A stretch of 64,000 bases of DNA from positions 41-64,040 of IMG/VR virus record IMGVR_UViG_3300044695_005922, one strand, 5' to 3'. The translations under genes were made by a program, and so were the position numbers. Positions 27,339-37,157 of the stretch are shown piece after piece (positions within the stretch are counted from its first letter, which is position 1; every line of letters begins with the position of its first letter). Below the pieces are notes generated by a model, which was given only the letters and a program-made list of their open reading frames with translations, ran no database searches and was not told the DNA's origin. The stretch is from a virus. Lineage: Duplodnaviria; Caudoviricetes.

Positions 27339-27567
27339 TAGATTTATGTTGGAAGAGTTGATTATACAGTGCTGGCATGTCACGGATGATATTGGAACGG
27401 TGCTCAGTTATATGGAAAAAGCAAACATTCCAGCAGAGCATATGGATGTCTTGATGAATATGTTGCATGGTATGCAAGCAATCTACCATCAGCGGTTCAG
27501 TGATATGTCGAACCTATTTGGTGAGATGATTCAGAACGGACACATTAAGGGGAAAAATGTATACTAA
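27325..27567 (+). CDS. Hypothetical protein
   Basis: AAGGAG before MQKRDRF..LEE.I..CWHVTDD. Confidence 0.55.
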   Translation: MQKRDRFMLEELIIQCWHVTDDIGTVLSYMEKANIPAEHMDVLMNMLHGMQAIYHQRFSDMSNLFGEMIQNGHIKGKNVY

Positions 27568-27763
27568 ATATAAGTTCAATGAACTGACATTGACTGCATC
27601 AAGTTACAATCGAAAAATCAGTGTTGAAATTCCTATGGATAGTACTTCCAATGAAGTGTTCGAGGCATTTAAAACCTTGATGGTGGGACTGACATTTCAC
27701 GAAGATGCATTTAATGATGCAGTAGTAAATTACTTTTATGAACACGGCTTGGCCAAGGAATGA
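27557..27763 (+). CDS. Hypothetical protein
   Basis: Tandem ORF. Confidence 0.5.
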   Translation: MYTKYKFNELTLTASSYNRKISVEIPMDSTSNEVFEAFKTLMVGLTFHEDAFNDAVVNYFYEHGLAKE

Positions 27764-27766
27764 TAT

Positions 27767-28102
27767 ATGGAACGTAGAAAATTTTTTAGTTTAGCACCGC
27801 TTGGGTTGGTGGGTATTGCTGCACTTGCCAAGGGTGAGACACCAACAGAAGCAACGAAGTCGGTCACGAAGAAGGCAATGTCGTTGACTATCGTGGGTCC
27901 AGACGGAGAGGAATATCATCCGCTGGTAGTTGAGAAGGATGATTCTACTTACGAAGAGGTACAGATGCCGAAGATGGTTACTACATACGAGTTTTCTAAT
28001 GAGAGATTTCGTGTAAGTAGTAATGGTTTGGGTGTCGGTACATCTGCTCCCGCAACTGAGGTAAAGTTTTTTACCCATGCTGTTGAAAAATTTCGTTTAT
28101 GA
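27767..28102 (+). CDS. Small protein with twin-arginine (Tat)-like signal peptide
   Basis: MERRKFFSLAPLGLVGIAALAKG. Confidence 0.5.
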   Translation: MERRKFFSLAPLGLVGIAALAKGETPTEATKSVTKKAMSLTIVGPDGEEYHPLVVEKDDSTYEEVQMPKMVTTYEFSNERFRVSSNGLGVGTSAPATEVKFFTHAVEKFRL

Positions 28103-28341
28103 ACAAAAAGTATGTGACATTGGCTGATATATTCAATCTCAGTCGTGGAAATAAACTCTTGACAATTGTGAACGCTATCCTTACTATTCTAGGTGGATAT
28201 AGGATGGCGTCACTTATTGTGGCTCCTACGTGGTGGGAGCAGTTTATTTGGCAACTAGTAATTGTTATTTCAGGTACATATAGTATTTATTATTTTGCAG
28301 AACGTAGAGTACATAAGCAATGGGAAAAATATGGACGTTAA
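28099..28341 (+). CDS. Two-TM membrane protein
   Basis: Two hydrophobic segments. Confidence 0.5.
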   Translation: MNKKYVTLADIFNLSRGNKLLTIVNAILTILGGYRMASLIVAPTWWEQFIWQLVIVISGTYSIYYFAERRVHKQWEKYGR

Positions 28342-28687
28342 AATTGTAGAGAAGCCGTGGGGGTCCGAAACGATTTGGGCACATACGGAACATTATGTAG
28401 GAAAAATTTTAAATATTCGCGGTGGTGAATCTTTGAGTATTCAATATCATCACTACAAAGACGAAACTATGCATGTGTTGTCTGGCAAAGGTATTGTTAA
28501 ATTTTATACAATGGAAGAAAACGTACCCGTGTTGACAGCAGTATATGTTATGAATCCAGGATATTCAATTCATATTCCACCCACACAAGTTCATTCCGTT
28601 GAAGCGTTTGAAGATATGCGAGTATTAGAAGCATCTACAAATCATTTGGATGATTTGGTACGAATAAAAGACAGATACGGACGGTAA
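28331..28687 (+). CDS. Cupin (mannose-6-phosphate isomerase type II C-terminal-like)
   Basis: VEKPWG..LSIQYH..KDET..HIPP..H..LEAST..DLVRI.DRYGR. Confidence 0.8.
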   Translation: MDVKIVEKPWGSETIWAHTEHYVGKILNIRGGESLSIQYHHYKDETMHVLSGKGIVKFYTMEENVPVLTAVYVMNPGYSIHIPPTQVHSVEAFEDMRVLEASTNHLDDLVRIKDRYGR

Positions 28688-28689
28688 TT

Positions 28690-29367
28690 ATGATTTTACT
28701 ATTAGGTGATATTCACGGTGATTATAAAGTATTAGAGCGTGCGGCTAAATTGGCAGAAGAGGTTGGTGCTGCGGCTGTGATACAAGTCGGTGATTTTGGA
28801 TTGTTCCGTGGATATGGAATGTCCAATGAAATTCCATTTGTGAAAGTCGCAAAGGAAAGTGCGGTACCAATTTATTTCATCGACGGAAATCATGACGATT
28901 GTGACCGATGGTTGGAGTACACAGAAGTTACAGAAGTACTCACCGGGGCCAATCTATTCTATGTTCCCCGTGGTACTGTAATGGAACTTGATGGACGAAC
29001 TATTGCGTTCATGGGTGGTGCTGCCTCGATTGATAAAGCATGGAGATTGCAGAGTGGTGCTCACTGGACAGAAAAAGAAAACATCAGCCCACAGGAAATC
29101 TTGAAGGTATTGGATAATGCACAAGGTAAAACAATTGATTTGTTCATCACACATTGTCCCCCACACTCGGTCATTGAGGAAAACTTTGACCCACGAAATA
29201 AACTGTGGTTTGAAGTTGGTTTGGATTGGACCGACCCCAACCAATTAGTTATTGAAGAACTGTGGCATAAGTTGGGTACTCCTATGGTGTATTCCGGACA
29301 CATGCACCGTCGTGTACAGGGAATGACGTATAGAATTTTAGATATAAATGAACTTTTGGCCGTTTGA
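28690..29367 (+). CDS. Calcineurin-like metallophosphoesterase
   Basis: GDIHG, VGDFG, DGNHD, THCPP, GHMH. Confidence 0.9.
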   Translation: MILLLGDIHGDYKVLERAAKLAEEVGAAAVIQVGDFGLFRGYGMSNEIPFVKVAKESAVPIYFIDGNHDDCDRWLEYTEVTEVLTGANLFYVPRGTVMELDGRTIAFMGGAASIDKAWRLQSGAHWTEKENISPQEILKVLDNAQGKTIDLFITHCPPHSVIEENFDPRNKLWFEVGLDWTDPNQLVIEELWHKLGTPMVYSGHMHRRVQGMTYRILDINELLAV

Positions 29368-29369
29368 CC

Positions 29370-29379
29370 ACTATTTATA
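29370..29379 (+). promoter_or_regulatory. ACTATTTATA motif (candidate late promoter)
   Basis: Exact copy about 24 nt before ATG 29403. Confidence 0.55.
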
Positions 29380-29402
29380 GAAGGTTATAGAAAAGGTCAA
29401 AC

Positions 29403-29567
29403 ATGAGAAAAGATAAATATTCATATACTACCGTGCAAATTACGAAAGAAATAAATCAACACATTCGTGAGTTTTGTAAACTCAACGGGTTTGTTGCAAG
29501 CACCATTACAGAAAAGTTATGGTCTAATTTTATTTCTTCTAGTATGTCCGGTAGTATTACTTTATAA
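29403..29567 (+). CDS. 54-aa ribbon-helix-helix-like protein (not in ORF track)
   Basis: YTTVQITKEINQHIREFCKLNG..TITEKL. Confidence 0.5.
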   Translation: MRKDKYSYTTVQITKEINQHIREFCKLNGFVASTITEKLWSNFISSSMSGSITL

Positions 29568-29576
29568 GAGAATTAT

Positions 29577-30659
29577 ATGGCTATACCAACAAAACAAGAT
29601 ATATATTTTGCGGCTGGAGCCGGGGATGTAGCCGAATTTAATTCTGGCAAATACAGCCGTATAGTAATTACACCAGAACGTGCAGAGGAAACTCGTAAAT
29701 TAAATAATTTACCAGCCAACGTATTAAGTACCGCCACAACTTCGGGTGGTTGGGTGTTCATTAATCCAGACTATGTTGATGCAGAGGAACTATTCAATGC
29801 ATACAGAAGTGGATTTTTCACTGGTGATTATGATGAAATTGCTCCAGGTGGTGTATACCTACGATTGTTGCCTGACAAGGGTATTGGTGCCAATTTCTAT
29901 CCACCACAATCGTTTACACCTGCACAAGAAATACCACAACCCGTAACGGATAATACTCCGGTAACGGTTACACCACCACAAACACCTACGTTAACACAGG
30001 CAACGAGTCAAGTATTCAGAACGAATAATGAATTGAATGATATGATTGAAACGCATTTAAATGCGAAATTCGTTCCACAAGCACAACGTACCCGTGAAGA
30101 TTCTACGGCAAAAAAAGGTAACAGAATATTTGCAGAAGATGTCGGTACACCAATTTATGAATATCTTGATGGTCCGTATTGGCGTAGAATTGTAGCGTAC
30201 GTAGAATCACAAGTTGCTCCTGTACGTGCATTAGCACAACAAGCCCTTGCAACGGCTCAAGCTGCAGCGGCTTCCGCAGCTGGAGCGGCACAATTAGCAC
30301 AAGCAGCATTGGATAGGGCTATGACCCCAGGTCCACCAGGTCCACCAGGACCTGCCGGTGCAGCAGGGGCGCCTGGTGCTGACGGAGCAGCGGGACATTC
30401 GGATACAGTTGTCATTGAACATGCAGATATCACACACAACGACATAACGCACACAGATACACCACACAACGATACTGTGCATAATGACACATCGGTACAA
30501 CATGCAGATACACCAGTTCACAATGACACATATGTACCGCACTCAGACATTCCGCATTCCGATACGGAAATACTCCCACACACAGATACCTACATACAAC
30601 ACGGAGATAGTGGTGGTGGCGGTGGAGGTGGTGGTGGCAGTGAAATTATAGCATTTTAA
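29577..30659 (+). CDS. Collagen-containing protein with C-terminal His-Xaa-Asp repeats and poly-Gly tail
   Basis: Ala-rich coiled coil, 7 GXY triplets, 12 HxD units, G9 tail. Confidence 0.8.
   Translation: MAIPTKQDIYFAAGAGDVAEFNSGKYSRIVITPERAEETRKLNNLPANVLSTATTSGGWVFINPDYVDAEELFNAYRSGFFTGDYDEIAPGGVYLRLLPDKGIGANFYPPQSFTPAQEIPQPVTDNTPVTVTPPQTPTLTQATSQVFRTNNELNDMIETHLNAKFVPQAQRTREDSTAKKGNRIFAEDVGTPIYEYLDGPYWRRIVAYVESQVAPVRALAQQALATAQAAAASAAGAAQLAQAALDRAMTPGPPGPPGPAGAAGAPGADGAAGHSDTVVIEHADITHNDITHTDTPHNDTVHNDTSVQHADTPVHNDTYVPHSDIPHSDTEILPHTDTYIQHGDSGGGGGGGGGSEIIAF
30396..30608 (+). repeat. 12 His-Xaa-Asp peptide repeats
   Basis: HSD,HAD,HND,HTD,HND,HND,HAD,HND,HSD,HSD,HTD,HGD with 2-5 residue spacers. 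Confidence 0.9.
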
Positions 30660-30683
30660 AATAAAAATATTATAGGAGTTTAG

Positions 30684-32084
30684 ATGAAACACGGTTATAT
30701 TCCAAAAGAACAACGTAAGAAGATTTTATTCCTCTCAGACGATATGCGAGTAACATCAGGTGTTGGTGTTATGTCTCGTGAAATAATTGAGGGAACTTCG
30801 CATAGATTTAATTGGGTACAGGTAGGTGCAGCGGTTTCTCATCCTGAGGCCGGTAAAATGATTGATATGTCCGACGCAATTAATAATGAAGTCGGATTGA
30901 CTGACGCTAGTGTTAAGATTGTTCCCTACAATGGATACGGTGACAGTAGATTGATTCGTCAGTTAATAGAATTAGAAACGCCAGATGCTATTCTCCATTT
31001 CACAGACCCAAGATATTGGATTTGGTTATATCAGATTGAGCATGAGATTCGTCAAAAGATTCCTATGTTCTTCTACGCTATTTGGGATGACCTTCCGTAT
31101 CCATTCTATAATGAAAATTATTATCGTTCCGATGATTGGATTGGATGTATTAGTAAACAAACCTACAATATCGTAAAGCACGTATCAAGAAAGGAACCAC
31201 GTGCTCCGTGGTCACTATCCTACATTCCACATGGAATTGATACAAAGAAGTTCCATCCACTACCAGAAGATGACAAAGAACTCTTGGAAGTTCGTGAACG
31301 ATTGTTTAACGGTCAAGACGTTAAATATGTAGTGTTCTACAATAGTAGAAATATTCGTAGAAAGATGACATCGGATATTCTGTTGGCATTTAACACGTTT
31401 ATGAAAAAGCTACCAGAAGAAGAACGTTCAAAGTGCCGTCTTGTATTACACACACAACCCGTTGATGAACACGGTACTGACTTACCTGTGGTGATTCGTG
31501 ACGTAATGCCAGAATTAGAAAAGTATGTTATTTTCTCAAACGAACGCATTGAATCGAAGCATATCAACATTCTGTATAACATCGCAGACGTTACCATTAA
31601 TATGTCTAGTAATGAAGGTTTTGGTTTGGGTACGTGTGAAAGTCTAGTTGCTGGTACACCAATCATTGTTAATGTCACGGGTGGATTGCAAGACCAGTGT
31701 GGATTCACAAATGATGAAGGTGAATACCTTGACCCTGAACGTGATTTCAATTATGATTGGGGTAGTAATCACGATGGACGTTTCAAGAATCACGGTGAAT
31801 GGGCATTCCCATTATTTCCAGTAAGTCGTTCTTTACAAGGTTCTCCGTTGACCCCGTACATTTTTGATGACCGTTGTTCGTGGGAAGAAGCAGCGGAGAA
31901 GATAATGGAAGTGTATAAGATGTCGCGTGAGGAACGTAAACGCCGTGGTGAGTTGGGTCGTCAATACGCACTTGGAGCTGGACAATTTACGGCAGAACGT
32001 ATGTGTGAATTATTTATCGAACATATGGAAAATGCGTGGGATAATTGGACCCCACGGGAACGTTTTACTTTGGTGAAGGCATAA
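30684..32084 (+). CDS. GT-B (GT4-like) glycosyltransferase
   Basis: YIPHGID, NSRNIRRK, LYNIADV..SSNEGFGL..ESL..GTPII. Confidence 0.88.
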   Translation: MKHGYIPKEQRKKILFLSDDMRVTSGVGVMSREIIEGTSHRFNWVQVGAAVSHPEAGKMIDMSDAINNEVGLTDASVKIVPYNGYGDSRLIRQLIELETPDAILHFTDPRYWIWLYQIEHEIRQKIPMFFYAIWDDLPYPFYNENYYRSDDWIGCISKQTYNIVKHVSRKEPRAPWSLSYIPHGIDTKKFHPLPEDDKELLEVRERLFNGQDVKYVVFYNSRNIRRKMTSDILLAFNTFMKKLPEEERSKCRLVLHTQPVDEHGTDLPVVIRDVMPELEKYVIFSNERIESKHINILYNIADVTINMSSNEGFGLGTCESLVAGTPIIVNVTGGLQDQCGFTNDEGEYLDPERDFNYDWGSNHDGRFKNHGEWAFPLFPVSRSLQGSPLTPYIFDDRCSWEEAAEKIMEVYKMSREERKRRGELGRQYALGAGQFTAERMCELFIEHMENAWDNWTPRERFTLVKA

Positions 32085-32085
32085 T

Positions 32086-33393
32086 ATGACAGGCAAACCG
32101 TTATGTATAGTTAGAGCACCATGCCAGACTCGTTCTGGTTATGGTGATATGAGTAGAGACATTATCCGTCACATCATTGAATGGGATAAGTTTGATGTGA
32201 AGGTGCATAGTGTACCGTGGGGTGATACTCCTATGAATGCACTGGATGAAACTAATCCAAAGGACAAAATGATTTTGGATAGAATCATTCGTGGTGGACA
32301 ATTACCACAACCGTCATTGTATGTTACCATTACGATTCCAACAGAATTTGAACCGTTAGGAAAGTACAATATCGGTATAACCGCCGGCATTGAAACCACC
32401 GTGGCTTCTGCTGAATGGATACAAGCATGTAATAAAATGGATTTAGTACTAACTATTTCCGAACACTCAAAGAATGTTTTTCATTTCTCAAAGTACTCAC
32501 AGCAAGATCAACAAGGTAATATCATTGGTGAACTAGCAGTCACCAAACCAATTGAAGTATTACACAATTGTATTGATAATAACATATTTAAGAAAATTGA
32601 ATATGATTTTAATTTAGAGCCAAAAATACGAGAAACATTGGATAGCATTCCAGAGAAATTCTGTTATCTTTTCGTTGGTCACTGGCTCCGTGGTGAATTT
32701 GGAGAGGACCGTAAGAATGTTGCACTGTTGGTGAAAATATTCCTTGAAACATTCCGACAAGTTCCAGAAAAAGAAAAGCCTGCGCTTATTTTAAAAACTA
32801 GTAGTGCTGGATTTTCTATCTTGGACAGAGAAGATATATTAAAGAAAATCGAACAAATCAAGAAATCTGTTACTTTGAACGCTGGACAGAGCATGCCGAA
32901 TATTTATTTATTGCATGGTGAGTTAACAGACAAAGAAATGAATTCGTTATATAACCACTCAAAGGTAAAAGCACACGTAAGCTTAACCAAGGGTGAAGGA
33001 TTTGGTAGACCATTACTCGAAGCATCAATTAGTGGTAAACCCGTAATCGCATCTGGATGGAGTGGTCAACTTGATTTCTTGGATAAAGACAATTCATTAC
33101 TAATTGGTGGTGAACTCAAACCTATCCACGAAAGTTCTGTGTGGGACGGTGTATTGATTCGGGAGTCTACGTGGTTCGCTCCTGATATGAACCAGTCAGC
33201 AAACGCAATGTACGCCGTATTTAAGAATTACAGTAATTTTAAAAAGAAGGCACAGTTGTTAGCAAAACAAAATGTTAAGAAGTTCTCGTATCAAACTATT
33301 TTTAACAGAACAGTTGAGTTGTTAGACAAATATGTTCCACAATTTTCCGTTGAAACTAAATTGGTTCTTCCAACATTAAAGAAAATTAACTAA
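32086..33393 (+). CDS. GT-B (GT4-like) glycosyltransferase
   Basis: SGYG, RKNV, TKGEGFGRPLLEA..GKPVIASGWSG. Confidence 0.88.
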   Translation: MTGKPLCIVRAPCQTRSGYGDMSRDIIRHIIEWDKFDVKVHSVPWGDTPMNALDETNPKDKMILDRIIRGGQLPQPSLYVTITIPTEFEPLGKYNIGITAGIETTVASAEWIQACNKMDLVLTISEHSKNVFHFSKYSQQDQQGNIIGELAVTKPIEVLHNCIDNNIFKKIEYDFNLEPKIRETLDSIPEKFCYLFVGHWLRGEFGEDRKNVALLVKIFLETFRQVPEKEKPALILKTSSAGFSILDREDILKKIEQIKKSVTLNAGQSMPNIYLLHGELTDKEMNSLYNHSKVKAHVSLTKGEGFGRPLLEASISGKPVIASGWSGQLDFLDKDNSLLIGGELKPIHESSVWDGVLIRESTWFAPDMNQSANAMYAVFKNYSNFKKKAQLLAKQNVKKFSYQTIFNRTVELLDKYVPQFSVETKLVLPTLKKIN

Positions 33394-33776
33394 TGGCAAT
33401 AGAAGGGTATAAAGGTACATTAGGTGTTCGTACTTTCGTTTCTCGAAAAGATTTGACTACTGGCAAAGTGGTGCAGTTTACCTATGATAATGAGCAGAAA
33501 TATGCACTCGTACTCAATCCCAATTGGGAAGGTAAAATGCACGCTTTGTCACTGGGTTCTTTAACACCAGAAAAACTTGGTCAAATATTTAAATTGATTG
33601 GTGATGAAACTGATACTCAGGTAATTTACGACCGTTTCAAAAACTCAAATTTCGTTGGTGACAGACCCTATCGAACCTATTTATTAACGAAGATATCTAC
33701 GTTACGTGAAGTATTCATTAAGAAAACTGTGTTAAAGACAGAAGAAAACGTAACGGAGAATATGTATGGGGAATAA
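33393..33776 (+). CDS. Hypothetical protein
   Basis: TAATG overlap, 127 aa. Confidence 0.55.
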   Translation: MAIEGYKGTLGVRTFVSRKDLTTGKVVQFTYDNEQKYALVLNPNWEGKMHALSLGSLTPEKLGQIFKLIGDETDTQVIYDRFKNSNFVGDRPYRTYLLTKISTLREVFIKKTVLKTEENVTENMYGE

Positions 33777-33936
33777 TGTTATAACAGAACACCCATTAAC
33801 CGAATTGAAACACGATAGAATAAACTTAAAAAGATATATACCAGAAAAAGAATGGTGGACTGTTTGGTACTACATCTGTACTGGTAAACACGTAGCAGTA
33901 GCAAAAGAATAAAACTAATACAATAGGAAGGGTTAC

Positions 33937-34956
33937 ATGACAGAAGAAGGTAACGTTAGTAAAAAACCACTGAGCACAGCGGATAAAGTCGCTGTGGTAC
34001 TCGGTGGTTGTGGTTTTATAGGCCACCACCTCGCACGACGATTACAGAAGGAAGGTTACTGGGTTCGTGTGGCAGATATTAAACTTCCAGAACATTGTGA
34101 TGTAAACACATTTGCAGACGATGTTGTACACGGAGATTTATCGGATTATCAAACATGCTTGAACGCATTAAGTTTGGGTCGTACCGATGTCGAAGTATAT
34201 CAATTAGCTGCTGATATGGGTGGGGCATCATACATCTTTACTGGTGAGCATGACGCAAATGTAATGACCAACTCGGCGTTAATCAATTTAAATACATTGA
34301 AAGCAATGGTGACGTTGGGATTAAAACGAGTATTCTATTCGTCATCGGCGTGTATCTATCCAGAGCATAACCAGTTAGACCCAGATAATCCAAACTGTGA
34401 AGAAAGTTCAGCATATCCAGCAAACCCAGATAGTGAATATGGATGGGAAAAATTATTCAGTGAACGATTGTACATGTCGTACAAGCGTAACTTCGGCATA
34501 GAACCACGCATTGCTCGTTTCCATAATGTATATGGTGTAGAAGGGACATGGGAAGGTGGTCGTGAAAAGGCACCTGCTGCGATGTGCAGAAAGATTGCTC
34601 AGACACCAGAAGGTGGTTCAATTGATATGTTTGGTGACGGAAAGCAAACCCGTTCATTCCTTTATGTAGATGAATGTGTCGAAGGTATCTTACGGCTAAC
34701 CCATTCAGATTTTACTGGTCCTGTTAATATCGGTTCGGAAGAAATGATTTCAATTAACGATTTTGCTTATATGATTATGGGCATCGCTGGTAAGAAGTTA
34801 ACTATTAATCACGTTCCAGGTCCGTTAGGGGTTCGTGGACGTTCCTCCGACAATCGGTTGATTCGTCAACACCTCAATTGGGAGCCAAATTCTCCATTGG
34901 TTGACGGCATTACCAAAACATATCACTGGATTAACGAACAGGTTACCTCTATATGA
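33937..34956 (+). CDS. GDP-mannose 3,5-epimerase-like SDR
   Basis: GGCGFIG, QLAADMGG, YSSSACIYP, YGWEK, RFHNVYG.EGTWEGGREKAPAAMCRK. Confidence 0.88.
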   Translation: MTEEGNVSKKPLSTADKVAVVLGGCGFIGHHLARRLQKEGYWVRVADIKLPEHCDVNTFADDVVHGDLSDYQTCLNALSLGRTDVEVYQLAADMGGASYIFTGEHDANVMTNSALINLNTLKAMVTLGLKRVFYSSSACIYPEHNQLDPDNPNCEESSAYPANPDSEYGWEKLFSERLYMSYKRNFGIEPRIARFHNVYGVEGTWEGGREKAPAAMCRKIAQTPEGGSIDMFGDGKQTRSFLYVDECVEGILRLTHSDFTGPVNIGSEEMISINDFAYMIMGIAGKKLTINHVPGPLGVRGRSSDNRLIRQHLNWEPNSPLVDGITKTYHWINEQVTSI

Positions 34957-35789
34957 TTACGCATGTCGGTATAGGAAACTCTGGGAGATTTGGTAACCAA
35001 ATGTTTCAAATGGCTGCACTCATTGGTATCGCAGAAAAGAACGGATATGATGTAAAAATTCCAATAGAAAATACTGGTGATAACTTCGTATTTTATGATT
35101 TAGCAAAGCAGCAAGCAGAACCAACTGGTATGGAACTTCGTAGACCATTTCTTATTCCCGACAGTTACTTTGCACCAATGGCAGAAATTTCAGATGTTGT
35201 CAAGCAACGATACCAAGAACAATTCTTTCATTTTAATGGTGCAGCATTAGATATTCCAGACAATATTGATATTGCTGGGTTCTTTCAAAGTGAAAAGTAT
35301 TTCAAACATGCAGAACAAAAAGTCCGTGAAGTATTTACCTTCCGTCCAGAAATTCGACAGCAAGCTGAATTAGAACTGGCAAAGGTAAAGGATGATGCAC
35401 CACGAGTATCTATCCACGTTCGTCGTGGAGATTACGTGGCAAACTCTGCAAACCATACGGTCACTGGAATGGAATACTATGCGGAGGCTATCAACAAGTT
35501 CTTCTCGAAAGAACCTTATCGGTTTGTAGTATTCTCCGATGATCCAGAATGGTGTAAGGAAATGTTCGAAGGTGGGTATATTGTAGATATCAATAACTCA
35601 TATGTAGAAATGTGTATGATGAGTATGTGTGACCATCACATCATTGCAAATAGTTCGTTTAGTTGGTGGGGAGCATGGTTAAATCCAAACCCCAAGAAGA
35701 TTGTAACCGCACCGTCACAGTGGTTCGGACCAAACCTTCGTCATAACAGTATTATAGACCTTCTACCAAGTGAGTGGTTTTGGATATGA
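34953..35789 (+). CDS. GT11 alpha-1,2-fucosyltransferase-like protein
   Basis: GRFGNQMFQ, GFFQSEKYF, HVRRGDY, VFSDD, IIANSSFSWWGAWL. Confidence 0.92.
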   Translation: MITHVGIGNSGRFGNQMFQMAALIGIAEKNGYDVKIPIENTGDNFVFYDLAKQQAEPTGMELRRPFLIPDSYFAPMAEISDVVKQRYQEQFFHFNGAALDIPDNIDIAGFFQSEKYFKHAEQKVREVFTFRPEIRQQAELELAKVKDDAPRVSIHVRRGDYVANSANHTVTGMEYYAEAINKFFSKEPYRFVVFSDDPEWCKEMFEGGYIVDINNSYVEMCMMSMCDHHIIANSSFSWWGAWLNPNPKKIVTAPSQWFGPNLRHNSIIDLLPSEWFWI

Positions 35790-36385
35790 GATTAAAAGAA
35801 TTTTACTACCAGATGGAAGATATTCCTGACATTGGTTTGTCTGACAAAGGAGATAGACATCCATTACATAAGCATTTTTATATTGATGCTTATGATGCAT
35901 TATTCTCTGCATGGAAAGATGAACCTGTTCAATTGATGGAATTGGGTATTGCATCTGGTGCAAGTCTGTTGATGTGGTCGCAGTATTTTACAAAGGGTAT
36001 AATTACCGGACTTGATATTGTAGAACCTGTACGAAAGGATTATCTTTCAACGTTACCTAATGTTAATATGATATTTGGTGACGCATATGATGAAGATAAT
36101 GGTAACTATCTAGTACAGAACTTACCGAAGCAAGATGTGTTTATTGAAGATGGTGCACATGATATTGATAACCAAGTCAAAGCAATATTAAAATACCACG
36201 CACTTGTAAAACCAGGTGGATATTATATCTGTGAGGATATGTACTTACCAAATCTATTTGATTATTTAACTCGTGGTGTATATATGATACCCGACCGTAA
36301 CTATGCAGTAACCATACTAGATCAACACATGCGTCCGAACGGACTCGCAGATGATGTGATGATTATAATACAGTTCTTTAATTAA
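35786..36385 (+). CDS. Class I SAM-dependent (sugar O-)methyltransferase
   Basis: SDK..H.Y..Y, LMELGIASGAS, GLDI, IEDGAH, GGYYICED. Confidence 0.8.
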   Translation: MRLKEFYYQMEDIPDIGLSDKGDRHPLHKHFYIDAYDALFSAWKDEPVQLMELGIASGASLLMWSQYFTKGIITGLDIVEPVRKDYLSTLPNVNMIFGDAYDEDNGNYLVQNLPKQDVFIEDGAHDIDNQVKAILKYHALVKPGGYYICEDMYLPNLFDYLTRGVYMIPDRNYAVTILDQHMRPNGLADDVMIIIQFFN

Positions 36386-36386
36386 T

Positions 36387-37157
36387 ATGAAAATAGCACT
36401 TTGTTTATCTGGCCAACCTCGTGGATTGCCTTTGTCATTAAAAATGTTAAAGGCAAACCTCGTTGGTATAGAAGATATGGATATCTTCTTACACGCATGG
36501 TTTGACCCAAATACTATTGGTCAACCATACGATAGTGCGCAAGCACATCAACAAGGTAGAGTAGGATTGGTTCATCCACAAACGGAAGAGATGTTACTCA
36601 GTCTTAATCCAAAAGATTATATCTTTGAACCACAGAAGGAATTTCCATTCGCACGTAGGTTCACATCACCACCAGAAGCAAATCAAGAACGTATGGCTAG
36701 TATCTTCTATTCAATCTATACAGCGAATATGTTGAAGAAGCGATACGAACTGTTAAATGGATTTGAATATGATTTGGTGATTCGTGCAAGATATGATTTG
36801 TGGTACGAGAATCCTATCAATGTAATGGATTATTTGGAACAATCACGAACACATATCGTCACCGCAGATAAGTTTCAGGGGATTCGTAATGACCCAAACT
36901 TTCATCAAGGTGGATATACGATGACGGATATATTCGCATTCTCCACATCAAAGAATATGGATGTGTTCTGTGACACCTATCCACACTTTTCCTTTATCCA
37001 TTCACAGATTCAGATTCCCTATGGTGAAAACTATATCGGATATCGTGTACGAGTAATGGGTGGAATCGAAGCATACTGTGCTCCGTTCAACTACGAAATC
37101 ATGCATCGTGTAGTAAATATCAACAATATAGAAGAATTGGAAAAGCAGTACGCATGA
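36387..37157 (+). CDS. Putative glycosyltransferase (KIALCLSGQPR type)
   Basis: KIALCLSGQPR, DIFLHAW, YDLVIRARYD. Confidence 0.65.
   Translation: MKIALCLSGQPRGLPLSLKMLKANLVGIEDMDIFLHAWFDPNTIGQPYDSAQAHQQGRVGLVHPQTEEMLLSLNPKDYIFEPQKEFPFARRFTSPPEANQERMASIFYSIYTANMLKKRYELLNGFEYDLVIRARYDLWYENPINVMDYLEQSRTHIVTADKFQGIRNDPNFHQGGYTMTDIFAFSTSKNMDVFCDTYPHFSFIHSQIQIPYGENYIGYRVRVMGGIEAYCAPFNYEIMHRVVNINNIEELEKQYA

Noticed and set aside
30396-30640. CRISPR-like or DGR-type nucleotide repeat
   Set aside because: The repeats are degenerate at DNA level and explained by the HxD and poly-Gly coding; no reverse transcriptase gene is present.
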